Below, in pieces: positions 50,401 through 61,600 of a stretch of 64,000 bases of DNA (positions within the stretch are counted from its first letter, which is position 1; the number at the start of each line of letters is the position of its first letter). The notes beneath the pieces were generated by a model. That model searched no databases. It was not told where the DNA came from and saw nothing but the letters and a program-made list of their open reading frames with translations. Both the position numbers and the translations under genes were made by a program. Origin of the DNA: a virus; the IMG/VR virus record IMGVR_UViG_3300042893_000474, positions 1-64,000 of that record. The stretch is one strand, 5' to 3'.

Positions 50401-53400
50401 CAAGAGTTCTTTGATAATGATACAAACCAAGATGCATTAAGTATTGCTTATACAGGAGTTGCTAATAAGTTTAGTCCAATTCTTAAAACAGTTGTCTATA
50501 ATGATGTAAATACTTTTAGTTCTGAGTCTTATCAGGAGTACAAAGAAGCTTATGATAGTGACGATAGTTGGGATGCTTTAACTGAGGACGAGAAGTCAGA
50601 ATTTTCTGAATACGCTAATAAACCAAAAGAAGCAGATGCTCAAGGAGTAATTACCCTAGACTCTTACCGTAACTATCTACTAGGAATCAATCGCTGGAGT
50701 TCAGAACAAGAACAGGCATATAACAGACAAGTAAGACTAGTAAAAATTAATCAGGAGTTAAATAACAATCCAACAAATGCAGAAGAATTATACAAAGAGA
50801 AGAATGAGATTGTTGAGAATTTTGGTTCTGCCTTATTCCCTCCTCTTAAGTTAGGTCACTACGGAGCTATTGTAGAAGACCCTAAGTTAATAGCATTACA
50901 TAAGTTCTCATTGATTCCTTTGATTCCTAGCGCAATAGAAGGTAAAGCTTTAGAAAAGCAACTTGAGTTAATGTATAGGAACAAAATCAATTACTATACA
51001 TTCAAGTCAGGTTCTAAGATGGCTCAGTATGGAGAGTCTATTGATTTCTACAAAGAAGTAACTAACGAACAAGGAGAGAAAGTACTTGTAGTAAATGACG
51101 CACTAGGAGAAAATAATGTTACATCTATCCACCTTCAGAACTTAAGAGAGCAGCAGTATCAAGCCCCTAAGTTTAAAACTCAAGCTACACTTGCTACTCA
51201 GATGATGAAGTTGGTGTTTGGGGACTTCTTTGAGAATGGAGAAATATCTTCTGACTTTAGTGAAGGTACACAAAGACAAATTGAATCCTTGTATGATTCA
51301 TTTAAAAACAATATTAACGACCTAATTACTTTTGAAACAATTAAACTAGAAAGAAAGTTAGGAATTAGACGTAATGCAGCTAAAGAAATTATAGAAGTAG
51401 ATCAGTTGCAGATGGCAAGATTTTTTGCCGAGGAGTTAGAAAATAAAGAAGCTCCTGAAGCATTACGTAGATTCATTCAAGTAAACGAAGATGGTACATT
51501 TAAGTATCCTCTAGATGCAATCAACAACAGAAATCAATTAGAAAGTCTTGTACTAAATGTAATCAACAATAAAGTTATTTCTCAGAAAATCAATGGGGAG
51601 AGTTACATTCAGGTAGCAGGTACAGGGTTTGAGACTAAGCGATATGTTAAACCAACAGCTGAACAGTTAAAAGAGTTTGGTGCTAACGATCTTCAATTCT
51701 ATACAAGAGACCCTATTACGGGGGAAACTTTACCTATGGAAGTTAAAGTAGGATTCAATGTTAAAAAACATGGAGGCTTACTTAAGTTAGAGTATGGTAA
51801 AGGGAAAGTAGAAACTTTAAAACAGTTAAATAAAATCCTAGGATCTAAAGCTCCTTTAGATATTGCTTGGAAAAAGAAGCACATGGATAAGTTAACTATG
51901 GTAGGAGTTCGTATTCCTGTGCAAGGTTTCTCTCAAATGGAATATGCAACCATTAAAGAGTTCTTACCAGAATCTGCTGGAGCAATCATGGTTCTTCCTG
52001 CGCAGATTGTAGTTAAGTCAGGAGGAGATTATGATATTGATAAGTTGACTTTCTTTGAAACATCGTACGATAATAAGGGTGAGGTTTATAAAAAATCATT
52101 CAACTTAAAAGATTACGAAGCCAAGTTAGAAAAGCAAAAAGAGTTAAAGAAAACTAGACAAGAGCTTATAACTTTAAGTGAGTTACTTGAGAAAGAAATT
52201 GCTGATAACGATATCTTTAGAGAAAGAGAATCTCTTAAGAAAGAAATCAATGAAATTAAAAAAGAGATATTAAATGCTAAAGCAGCAGTAGAAGATTTCT
52301 TAGATAGTGGATTTTTAACAAAAGAAGATGCTAGCTGGGCAAGAGAAGCTGCCTCTGATAAAGAAGATTTACAAAGAGCTTTTGCTGACTTAGATAGTTT
52401 TGATACTGCAAACGATGTTCGTGTATTACAGACTGTATCTTTAATTAAAAGTAAACTTAGAGAGATCAGCAAAGAAGTAGAAAGTATAGATGCCTACAAA
52501 AAGAGTTTAAGTAATAACTTAGTAGGCATTCTTAAGGGAGTATTGATGCAAGGAGAATTATACAATGCATTGATTACTCCAAATACAAACAGTGTTTTAA
52601 CTCAGTATACACCTCCAGGAGAGAAGATAAGCACTACAGCTGTGTTTAGTCCTTTAACTTCTTGGAGAATCTATATGGAGAACATTCTTTCTAAAGATGC
52701 ATTAGGAATCGATGCTAAGATAAATACGCTTCAGAAAGAATTCCAAAGAGCAGGATTGAAGATTACAGGTAGTCTACTAAAGAAGTATTACTTTGAGTCT
52801 AACAAAGACAAACAAGGAAATATAATTTTAGGAGGCAAGAAAGATGCACGGGGGGAAAACCGTATTTCTAAAGTATTGAGTGAGTTCATTAACGGACACG
52901 TAGACATTGCTAAAGAAGACTGGATTATTTTATTAGGATTAGACCAAGAAACTAGTCCATTGGCACACGCAATGATTCTTACAGGAACTCCTGTAGAACA
53001 AGTGTTAGGTTTAATTAACTCTCCTATTATTAAAACAGTTCTTCAGTTAGGTAATAGACCAGAGATTCAAAAGAAACTAGATAATATTAGACCTAATAAA
53101 AAGAAAGCGATTCTTGGTTTAATTAAAAACAAACTTACTAAAGTTACAGACCCTGAGGTTAAAGCATTAATTGATGCTGCTCAGTTAGCTATTAGTGGGT
53201 TGAAAGTAAAGTCTACAAATGGTATTACGGATACTTTTGTAAACAACCTACTAGTAAATCCTATATTCAACAAACATATAAGCAACTTTAAACCTACAGA
53301 AAGTTTAAGTGAGGAAGAGTCTGCTATAAGAGATTTAGCATATTTGATGCAATTCTATGTAGTAGTAAGGCAGCAGGAAAGTTTGAGAGAGTTAACTTCT

Positions 53401-55515
53401 ATGAGTGACTTTAACACTACTAGTTATAGAACTTCGTTCCAGTCTGAAGAATTATTAACAGCTGGTAGCAAACTAAAGAATAACTTTAATGAAGAAGCTA
53501 TCGACTTTATGTTTAAAGAGTCTGCTTTAGCTCAGTTTAATGTAGGTAGTCTTGTTCAAGAAACTATGAGACAGATTTATCCTCTATCAGATTCTAAAGA
53601 AGTCCATTCAGATATTTATACCTTTATGGAGAGAAAAGGATTGTTCAAAGAAGAGGAAAAAATGCAAGCCATTCAAGGGTACAAGAACAATCTACTAGTT
53701 CCCTATGTTCTACTAAACGCCCAAACGCCAGAGAAAGGAAACTTACTAGAGTACTACAGAGGCAAGAAAGGAATATTTGTAAGAACAACTGCTAATAATA
53801 TGGAAGAAAGATTCCAAAGATTATTACAGAATCCAGAAATGAGGAACAACTTTGTCATGACTAACATCTATATAGACATAGAGAACTCAGGCAGAGAGAT
53901 TGAGTTTAAACTAAAGAACACTGATGTAGACGAGAACAGTAAGAGTTATAGACTTGCTTTCTTAGAAGGTTTAAATAGTCCTAATCCAGAAGTTAAAAGT
54001 TTCTTTGAAGACTTAGGTATGGGTTCGTACTTACAGTATGCAGGTTCATATGCATCTGGCCATGTATCTACTATTGTGCCTCATGAAGTTTATGTAAGCC
54101 ATACTACAAATGCTTTCAACAAACTAACCGAACTTAAAGATACTGATAGTGCTAAGTTTGATGCTTACTTAAGTTTAGTTAGATTCTCTACTAAAATGGC
54201 TCTTGAGACTGCGGGACCTATTAAAGGGTTAAGTACATTCTTTGTAAGTAACTATGCTGAGATGGCTAAGACTATTACTGGATTAAGCCCAGAAGTACTT
54301 AAGCTATATAAGAACAGAGAAAACCTCACCTCAGGTAAAGTAGAGTCTCTTCAGCAATCTCCATCTACTAGTGTTGAAGTAATTCCTCTAAATGAATCAC
54401 AAAGATTTACTAGAGAATCAGCTGAAAAAGATACAGAGTATATGTATTTATTTACAGATAATGCTGGTAGAACATCAGGCTCAGGAGTTATTGATCCTAA
54501 CAGTTGGTATGCTAAAAAATATGGTGCAGATAAAAAATATGCAAGTAAAACACAAGCTGTAGCAAGAGGTCTTAAAAATGTTTATCCTATTACTACAATG
54601 GTAGATGATAAGAGAACTCAATGGACAGATGACCAGTTTAATGAATACAAGAAAATTATTGATGATGAAATAGAAACTATTAAACAGGCATCTAAGAAGT
54701 ATAATGGTATTAAGTTTGGTGCAGAAATGCCTTTTGGTAAAGGTGCTATTTCTAATATGAAAGACAGTGCTCCTAAAATATGGAATTATCTTAATACAAA
54801 ACTTGCTGAAATAGGTATTGATAATACAGGAGATATACCTGTATCTACTCAACCATCTACTAGTGTTAATCTTTTAGTAGAAGCAGGAGTTAAGCCTACT
54901 GATATGGCAGGTAATGCTGCTAAAGATATACAGATGGCTTCTGAGTCTACTCAGTTTATTGGATTCCAATCAGGAACTGCAACTGTGAGTTCTACCAACA
55001 AATACAAAGAAGCTTGGGGAGATAAAGCAAACACAGGAAATTATACTGCGGACGATGTAGTAATGGTTTCAGGTAGTGGTTTATTTAGGGGAGTTACTGA
55101 AGCTCAGATAAAAGAAACTTTAACTAATAAATACAAACCTTTGTTAGAACAGGCTATTGCAGCTGGTGCTTCTTTTAGAGTGGGTAATCAATATGCTAAA
55201 GGAAATCTTTCTGATCAGTTAATTGCTCAGTATCTAAAAACTAAAGGATACCAAGAGGAGAAATTTAATGGGTATTCTAAATGGACTCCTAAAGTTACTG
55301 AAACAAGTCAAGAGATTCAAAAAGAAGTTATAGAAAACTTTGAAGAAGATTCTGATGTTACGGATACCAATGTGCCAAATACTCCGACACAGTTTCCTCC
55401 AACCAAAACAGATGATATTCAACTTACCTTAAAGTTAGACCCTGATCAGAAAGATGATGATAAAGGGAACTTAGATGACTTAGGGTTTGAAGAAGATACC
55501 TGTGAGATAGTTTAA
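47455..55515 (+). CDS. virion-packaged single-subunit double-psi-beta-barrel RNA polymerase
   Basis: 2686 aa; RIP motif near 51910 and catalytic GGDYDIDK (DYDID 52027-52041), the equivalent of DFDID in phi14:2 gp66. Confidence 0.88.
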   Translation: MNACSIKGTSYEKEYRQILSEPAMIFVWNANNEQPLDKKKVGNEVIENPLYTALLNHPVTKGERQNALKLVAQSFLPAFTREYTPNEEGDYSLEQVVSYVEKRQKQAQDQREQLKSSINLPTSMAINIPDGVINETARQIFFSEEQGQDIYDTLQYLLGVKKSWDGVYSELVNQRNTILGRVKAGQHFSEDPERLAYNEILVQNFDKIKSWYDSKEGLVGEAELESQFGDSEDWKSKDKSQAQRASSIILGLVTSLPAYRTAIPGEIDFETGEEYQQVTQVQVQSTVTGLPKSGDFQKNWSLLGSTLSGMTNYSDMYEAIEGLSSRYPQFAYLLSKIPNAKIPGSFKDVRQFLLASEFKRVFSVPEVSSVVVDVTLKENGKIATTQQLKGFQPVRNAVALYDSQYFSYNQKYLVKGLEGNEVNLEGIIEDFQGLFNDLGSALTKKVPMQNFLFPARLDKFVQFLQSVGLGLNNQEYLKSTNINGTKEFIQANLDKLKTIYEKLKIVSIANEYLTDDAKIKVDRPLSFLRDTIQEIYVSKGKVRPDVEAALEQAFADNKLRYKGGVKQAIGYLGIKKTEISPFINFFTQYDAEFRPSSYMNAADKKKFVRGPWFYLTQQTNVINSVSSYDELINIPGFERFDYRKNPDILGSLWLQRMFGLPRTKNAIEANPLGTYVRKKDTLGNPIELNIANFDGMEIKNFGAKSGKTTTDQHPNDKIFQDFASFFQSLEMENIRFGDKTAAFTVRASNPILSEKIYVALNAAELITPTERLESEKSLTELFNGYLASEATRIIKLIEEKGRGTTYDRLGKNLFIFNDILPEDTLNKFKDAKTREEVIAAYTEATSMMSTVLQEYFSQESQKLVDKLVDTFSTSVNITTGQEVTQAQRLKQTVEKLNKLNLISTQLLPSEVRDNPPKITVENLPYLAEIYLKNGFVHNVEFLKMFVGDLSNFDKTNLDAREIFKRIPFTSSPGNVFFWDEAAQEFFDNDTNQDALSIAYTGVANKFSPILKTVVYNDVNTFSSESYQEYKEAYDSDDSWDALTEDEKSEFSEYANKPKEADAQGVITLDSYRNYLLGINRWSSEQEQAYNRQVRLVKINQELNNNPTNAEELYKEKNEIVENFGSALFPPLKLGHYGAIVEDPKLIALHKFSLIPLIPSAIEGKALEKQLELMYRNKINYYTFKSGSKMAQYGESIDFYKEVTNEQGEKVLVVNDALGENNVTSIHLQNLREQQYQAPKFKTQATLATQMMKLVFGDFFENGEISSDFSEGTQRQIESLYDSFKNNINDLITFETIKLERKLGIRRNAAKEIIEVDQLQMARFFAEELENKEAPEALRRFIQVNEDGTFKYPLDAINNRNQLESLVLNVINNKVISQKINGESYIQVAGTGFETKRYVKPTAEQLKEFGANDLQFYTRDPITGETLPMEVKVGFNVKKHGGLLKLEYGKGKVETLKQLNKILGSKAPLDIAWKKKHMDKLTMVGVRIPVQGFSQMEYATIKEFLPESAGAIMVLPAQIVVKSGGDYDIDKLTFFETSYDNKGEVYKKSFNLKDYEAKLEKQKELKKTRQELITLSELLEKEIADNDIFRERESLKKEINEIKKEILNAKAAVEDFLDSGFLTKEDASWAREAASDKEDLQRAFADLDSFDTANDVRVLQTVSLIKSKLREISKEVESIDAYKKSLSNNLVGILKGVLMQGELYNALITPNTNSVLTQYTPPGEKISTTAVFSPLTSWRIYMENILSKDALGIDAKINTLQKEFQRAGLKITGSLLKKYYFESNKDKQGNIILGGKKDARGENRISKVLSEFINGHVDIAKEDWIILLGLDQETSPLAHAMILTGTPVEQVLGLINSPIIKTVLQLGNRPEIQKKLDNIRPNKKKAILGLIKNKLTKVTDPEVKALIDAAQLAISGLKVKSTNGITDTFVNNLLVNPIFNKHISNFKPTESLSEEESAIRDLAYLMQFYVVVRQQESLRELTSMSDFNTTSYRTSFQSEELLTAGSKLKNNFNEEAIDFMFKESALAQFNVGSLVQETMRQIYPLSDSKEVHSDIYTFMERKGLFKEEEKMQAIQGYKNNLLVPYVLLNAQTPEKGNLLEYYRGKKGIFVRTTANNMEERFQRLLQNPEMRNNFVMTNIYIDIENSGREIEFKLKNTDVDENSKSYRLAFLEGLNSPNPEVKSFFEDLGMGSYLQYAGSYASGHVSTIVPHEVYVSHTTNAFNKLTELKDTDSAKFDAYLSLVRFSTKMALETAGPIKGLSTFFVSNYAEMAKTITGLSPEVLKLYKNRENLTSGKVESLQQSPSTSVEVIPLNESQRFTRESAEKDTEYMYLFTDNAGRTSGSGVIDPNSWYAKKYGADKKYASKTQAVARGLKNVYPITTMVDDKRTQWTDDQFNEYKKIIDDEIETIKQASKKYNGIKFGAEMPFGKGAISNMKDSAPKIWNYLNTKLAEIGIDNTGDIPVSTQPSTSVNLLVEAGVKPTDMAGNAAKDIQMASESTQFIGFQSGTATVSSTNKYKEAWGDKANTGNYTADDVVMVSGSGLFRGVTEAQIKETLTNKYKPLLEQAIAAGASFRVGNQYAKGNLSDQLIAQYLKTKGYQEEKFNGYSKWTPKVTETSQEIQKEVIENFEEDSDVTDTNVPNTPTQFPPTKTDDIQLTLKLDPDQKDDDKGNLDDLGFEEDTCEIV
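54361..54867 (+). repeat. 15-bp in-frame direct repeat CCATCTACTAGTGTT (PSTSV) bracketing a domain
   Basis: Exact copies at 54361-54375 and 54853-54867. Confidence 0.85.
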
Positions 55516-55526
55516 CTTACAAAGTG

Positions 55527-55556
55527 AAGGGGTGCAAGTCTTTACTTGCATTCCTT
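55527..55556 (+). terminator. hairpin terminator after RNAP, overlapping the next promoter
   Basis: AAGGGGTGCAAGT-CTTT-ACTTGCATTCCTT followed by T-rich sequence. Confidence 0.65.
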
Positions 55557-55575
55557 GTTATTTCGATTAAATTTG
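55546..55575 (+). promoter_or_regulatory. Bacteroidota-type promoter
   Basis: TTG 55546-55548, 19-nt spacer, TAAATTTG 55568-55575. Confidence 0.7.
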
Positions 55576-55601
55576 TATAACTAATAATACAACATTCTAC
55601 A

Positions 55602-58600
55602 ATGTCTTGTTTTGCAAAAATAAAATCTCCACTCAACGGTAAAACTATAACTAGTCCTGCCTACTACCAATTAACATCATTTTTTCCACCTGCTGAAGGG
55701 AGAAGAATATATGAGGCTACTACCACTATTAGTTTTAAAACCGAAATTGGTTTTGATTGGACTAAACGTCAACAAGGATACAGCCCTAAGCTAAACTTTG
55801 CTGGGGAGCCTACTTTAGATCAAATCAATACACACCTTAGACTAAACTTAAATCCACGGGAGATTAGAGCAGGAGAACAAATGGATGAAGTAGCAAGTCT
55901 AGGTTACCTAAACAAAGGTTATGCTAATCCAAATGCTTTTAACCTAATCACCAACGAGATTAACTTAAACCCCAAATATAGTTTAATAGAGAGCGAGGTA
56001 CTAGCAAGAGACGGCAAGTACTATCTATCAGTTAAACCAGTACCAAATGGCAAGTCTGTAAAACCTGTAAGTAAAGATTACTTAAGAACAGTAAAGTTTC
56101 CTGATATGATTGTTAACAGTGTTGAGGATTTTTCCAATGCAGGGTTAATAGAGTTGATGGATAACTTACTTAAGAACAAAGAGTTACCTCCTTTCCAACA
56201 CAAGATGTTAGAAAGATTGCGTAATTTAATGAAGATAAACCCAACACTTAAACTTGCAGTATTTGATGATGCTGAAGTAGACCAAGAGTTTCAAAGGTCA
56301 TTTTACGACCCCAAGAGTAACACCATATACATTGGTAAGACAATAACATCAGATTTTAATAAAGAATCATTTGCTCGTGAGTTAATTCACGAAGCAGTGC
56401 ATGCTTATACTATCTCAGCTTTAACTAATCCAGTAACTGCCGAAGAGAATAGATTCAGACAGGAGATGGAAAGATACATCTCTGAGTATAAATCTAAGTT
56501 TCCTAGACTACAACAGCAGTATGGTTTTAAAAATGTAGAAGAATTTGTTTCGGAGTATCTCTCTAATCCCTACTTTAGAAATGATTTACAGGAAGCAGAG
56601 AGAACAAGTAAAGATAAAACATTTATAGGCCGTGTTACAGGCAACATAAAGAGATTCTTAAAGAACGTATTAGGTTTAGGAGATACTTTGTTTGACAGAG
56701 TTAACCAAACGATAGATGATTACTTTGACTATCTGGAGAATCTAGAAGACATGCCTGACCTTGCAGGTGAGCATGAACTAAGATTTAACCAACCTTATGC
56801 AGCACAGCCTGTAAACCCACTTAGTGTTAACTTGAGTCAGTTCCAACAGTATGTTGATAGTACTTTTAATAGTTCTAGTTGGAAGCAACTAAGTCAAGGG
56901 TTATCTGAGATTGATCCACGTTTTGCTTCTATTGAAAGAATTAGGGAGAAATTTGGAAACATCTCAAGTGCGTCATTAGGCAGCACTATTAAATCTTCTA
57001 TTGACTATCTAGTAGCAATAGAGCAACTAGTAGATAGAGTTGCTAAGGATGTTGATTTGCACAGAGACAACTTAGGCTATTATAGTTCAGAAGATGCTGT
57101 ATCGGTATTTAATCATGCAATACATATAGCTGAGTTTGTTCAAGAGCAGATGGCTGCTTACAATCAATATTTGATGCCTCAGTTGAGGATGGAACAAACA
57201 AAAACTGACTTAGATATAAACCCTGTAGGAGCTGCAGAATTTAGACAAGAGCGTAGAAGTCAAGTAGAGAATTTTGATATTGTATCTCAGGAGTTAATTG
57301 CCAAACTTAAAGGTATCTCTAACAAATCAAACAGTTTAAAGAGTGAAGCTAAGTCTTCTATTTTAGCTCCAGTAGCATCCCAGTTAAGTGAGCCTTTTAT
57401 ATTAATTGCTGCTCAGTTAAAAGAGCCCAACAGTCAATTGAACCAAGAGATTGATGCTAAAGAAAAGTTGTATCAACAAGCTTTGGCAAGCAATCAGAAT
57501 AAGAAAGCAGCTGATATGTTAAAGGACTTGAATCAACTTAGAATGTTTAGAGATTGGGTTCCTACCCAACAAAACATTATTAAGTTGCTTCAGACTGGTA
57601 TGAATCCTGAGTACACAGGTGCTAACTTTTTTACTATTTACTTGGGAGTGGCTAACATGACAGGTAGCCCTTTGGTTCAAGTAGTTAAAGAATACTTAGA
57701 CGTACACTTGACTGAAGCAGGTAACAAGAGTCTTGAGTACACCAATAGAGCAAGTAAATTATTTGATAAAATTGAAGCTAGGAATAAAAAGCAAGGTATT
57801 CGTTGGACACAAAGTATAGACAACTTTTACAAGAACTTAACTCGTGAGGTTGATATGGTTTACTATGACGCCAATGGTGTGCGTAGAGTAGTAAAACAAC
57901 TTGCTTATAATACAAAGTTTAAAGAAGCTGAGTTCAGAAATGATTTACAGGAGTTAAAAAGAAATGTAGATTCGGCTAAAAAGGGAGGAGTAGAGGCAGA
58001 AATAGTAGAAGCTCAAGAAAAATTACAAAAGTTCCTAGATGATTACGCAGTACGCCCTTACACAGATGAATACTATGAAGCAGAAGATTTATTAATTTCA
58101 GAAGCTAGAGATGCTAGAGCAGATTTATTAGACCAACTAGAAGAGCACCAGGCTGTGTTTGGAGATGCAGAGGCTAGTCAAGAAGAAAGAAAGCATAGAA
58201 CAGAGTTAAGAAGAGCTTATGAAAGACTAGGTTCTATTTATAATGAAGATGGTACTGAGAAACCTAAAGGAACTAAAGAAAGAAACATTGCAGATTCTAT
58301 TATTGCTTATAAAAATAAACGTAAGGCACTAGAAGCTATTGAATTTGTAATCCCAGATAAAGTTAAAGTACGTTTTGATATTGAGAAGAACTCACGTAAA
58401 CAAAAAGTAGCTGACTTAGAACGTAAGATTAGTATCTTAAATACTGATATTGCAGATGAGATTGCTCTTGGGCAGGATCCTACTACTAAACAAAATGAGT
58501 TAGTAGATATAACAGCACAGCTAGAAATAGCTAAAAATGATTTAACTAAATGGCTCAATGCTAACACTCGTACTGAGATTGACCCTGAGTTTTTTGAATT

Positions 58601-61600
58601 GCAAAGAAGCATTGCAGATAAAATCAAAAACATCTTTCTTAAATATGGAGAAGATCCTTTATTAAGTGAGGCGTATGATGAGTTGTTTAATTCAGTTAAA
58701 GGGTACAGAGACCAGGATGGTATTATAGTAGGTAGCCAAATCCAGAGAGGATTAGGACAAACTATTAAAGACTTAGAGACAAAGATTGAAAAACTTAAAG
58801 AGGACGCAGAAGAAAATAGACAGATATCTGACCAAGATAAAGAAACTCTAAAAGTTCTATTCAAACAGATCAGCGATATTCAAACTAAAGAAACTACTGA
58901 ATACTACGTAGAGCAATACAACAGCGTTGCTCGTGCCGCTAGAGTAGACTTATATGCAGATGCTCAACAAGTAATAGAGATTAAAGAACTTTCGGAAAAA
59001 TTAGCAGACCAGTATATTGAGAATGAAGGTTTAGTTGACGAAGATTTAGAGTTAGACGATAACTTACCTGTTCTAAACCATCCTTCTGAATTTGGTACAG
59101 ATAAACATAGGAATGATTTGATATCTTCTTATGAGAATATGATTACTGAGATGCGTTTGCAACAAAGAATCAAAGAAAGCGATTGGTATAAAGGAAATCA
59201 TATTTCTATTAAGAAGAGTTACACAGATAAAAAGACAGGAAAGAAAGTAATTAAGATTTACGAAAGACCTATTTATATCTGGAACCGTACTATTCCTCGT
59301 AATGCTGCTTATATAAAACAAGAGAACCCAAACTTTGATTGGGCAGTACCTAGAGTTAGAGATGAGTACAAAAACAAAGATTATAATTTCTTAGGTTCTG
59401 CTAGACCTAGACAAACTACAGACAATAAATATACTAACGAAGTTTATACTAAATCACTACAAGACGATAAAGACATTGCTGATGAGATGGTAGGTCTTTA
59501 TGAGGACATACAAAGAAACTTGCCTGTATCACAACGTCTTGAAGGTTATGTTGTACCTAACAAGACTAGAGAGGCTAAAGAAAATATAACTGATATGTTT
59601 ACTAATCCTTTGGCTAGATTCAAAGGTTGGGTAGATGGTTGGAAACTTATCTTTAAACCAGGTTTAGCGGGAGAAGATCAGTATGAAGATGAGATATCTA
59701 GTTTAATTAATGAAGAAGACAAACAAAAGATATCAAAATCAAAAAGAAAAGTACAATTAATTAAAACCAGATATAAAGAACCTTTAAACACAAATCAAGT
59801 ATCCCGTGTATTAGTTCAATCACTTGCTGAGTATGGTGCATATGCTGCTGAATTTGGAGGATTAAAGAAAGCAATGCCTGCAGTATTTGCTGCTAGAGAA
59901 GCTGCTTTAGAGACAAACATACCTGATGGAGATGTTCAGATGCTGGATAATGAGATTCAAAGATTCTTTTATGGAGGGGAAGTAAGCAATACTAGTTTGG
60001 GAAATAATCCATACATGAAGGCTACTATGCGTGCTATGAGAAGAATGTTCAGGTTTAGTCAGAGTCGAGTCTTGTTGTTTAATTTTCTGCGTGTATTTAA
60101 AAACATCTTTAACAACTTCCTTAAGATTGTTTTAAGTAAGAATAAGTATGGATTAACTAGAAAAGAATTACTCAGAGCATGGTGGAAAGGTTTAAATATG
60201 AGGCGAAGTCTGGTATCACTAGAGATAGGTTCTAAACAACATAGTGACTATGCATTAAAACTAGTTCATTTTAGAGCGTTACCTGCAGCAGACCCAACTA
60301 AACTAGCATCAAACGTACACCAAACAAGTATTTTTAAATACGCCAACGCTGAGAATTTCAGTGGTCAGATATTTGGATATATGGAGATGGCTTCTACCAT
60401 ACCTATTTATGAAGCATTAATTGCTCGTTTGGATGTACCTATTGTAATTAACGGTCAACAAACTAGAATTAACTTAAGCGATGCTTACGAAGTAATTGAT
60501 GGTATTCTTGTTCCAAAAGAAGGAGTATTTGGATTAGAGTTAAACGCAATGCGTTCTTTAGTAGAAGATAGAAAGCAAATAATATCAACGTATTTAGCCC
60601 AAGAAGGAGTCTCTACTATAGAAAAATTAAGCAGTGCGCAAAAGACAAAGTTAAAAGGACTATTAACTTCAATAGACGTAAAGATTAATAGTTTAGAAAA
60701 AGTAAACTCAGTAAAGCAAGAAAAGTTAAAATTAATAGAACAACAGTTAAGAGACCAGATACACGAATTATACACTAGTACACAGGGTAACTACTACGGA
60801 AGATCTCGTTCTGCTTATGAGAAGAATCTTTTTGCAAGTATGGTAATGTCTATGAGACGCTGGTTAGCTCCTAATCTTCAGACAAACTTTGGACAGCGTA
60901 GACTTTCTTTGTACACAGGTAATCTAGAAGGAGGATTTTATGCAGAGGGTGGAAAATCTTTACTTAGAAAAATGCGATACTTAGTCGCTGGAGAGAGAAT
61001 GGATTTAGGAAGTACTGAGTTTGAGAAAGAAAAGCATCAAAGAATATTTAGAGATACTTTAAACGTAGTAGGACTACATGCTATCTCATTAGGATTAACT
61101 TCACTTTTATTTATGGGATTAGGAGGTGGAGGAGATGATGACCCTTCTAAGTTGTTATCACTTCTAGCTATTATTTCTTTAGGTACATATGATGAAGCAA
61201 TTAGTTTACATCCATTACTAGCTCCTGCAAACTGGACTTATAAAACATTCTTTAGACAGCCTTTGGCAAGACCAGGAGATGAAGAAGGAGGTGCTAGTAG
61301 TGCAGTGAGACATGGACTCTATGCTTTATTTGGACCTCAGATGAGAAGTTTTGACCAAATTTTTGAAGCAATTTTTGACTCAAGAAATATTACAGACCCA
61401 TTTGAACCTTACTACGAACAAAGAAGAGACATGGGAGGTAATAGTATTGTTAATACCCCTGCTCCTACTAGAGGATTACCTAGAGTACTTGCAATGGCTA
61501 TGAAGTATTATGGAGTAGAGTCAGGTTTAAAACCATTCTATGCGCCTAGAAAAAGAGTTATGGATATGTTAAAACTTAATCCTATGTTAGGAATGCAAGA

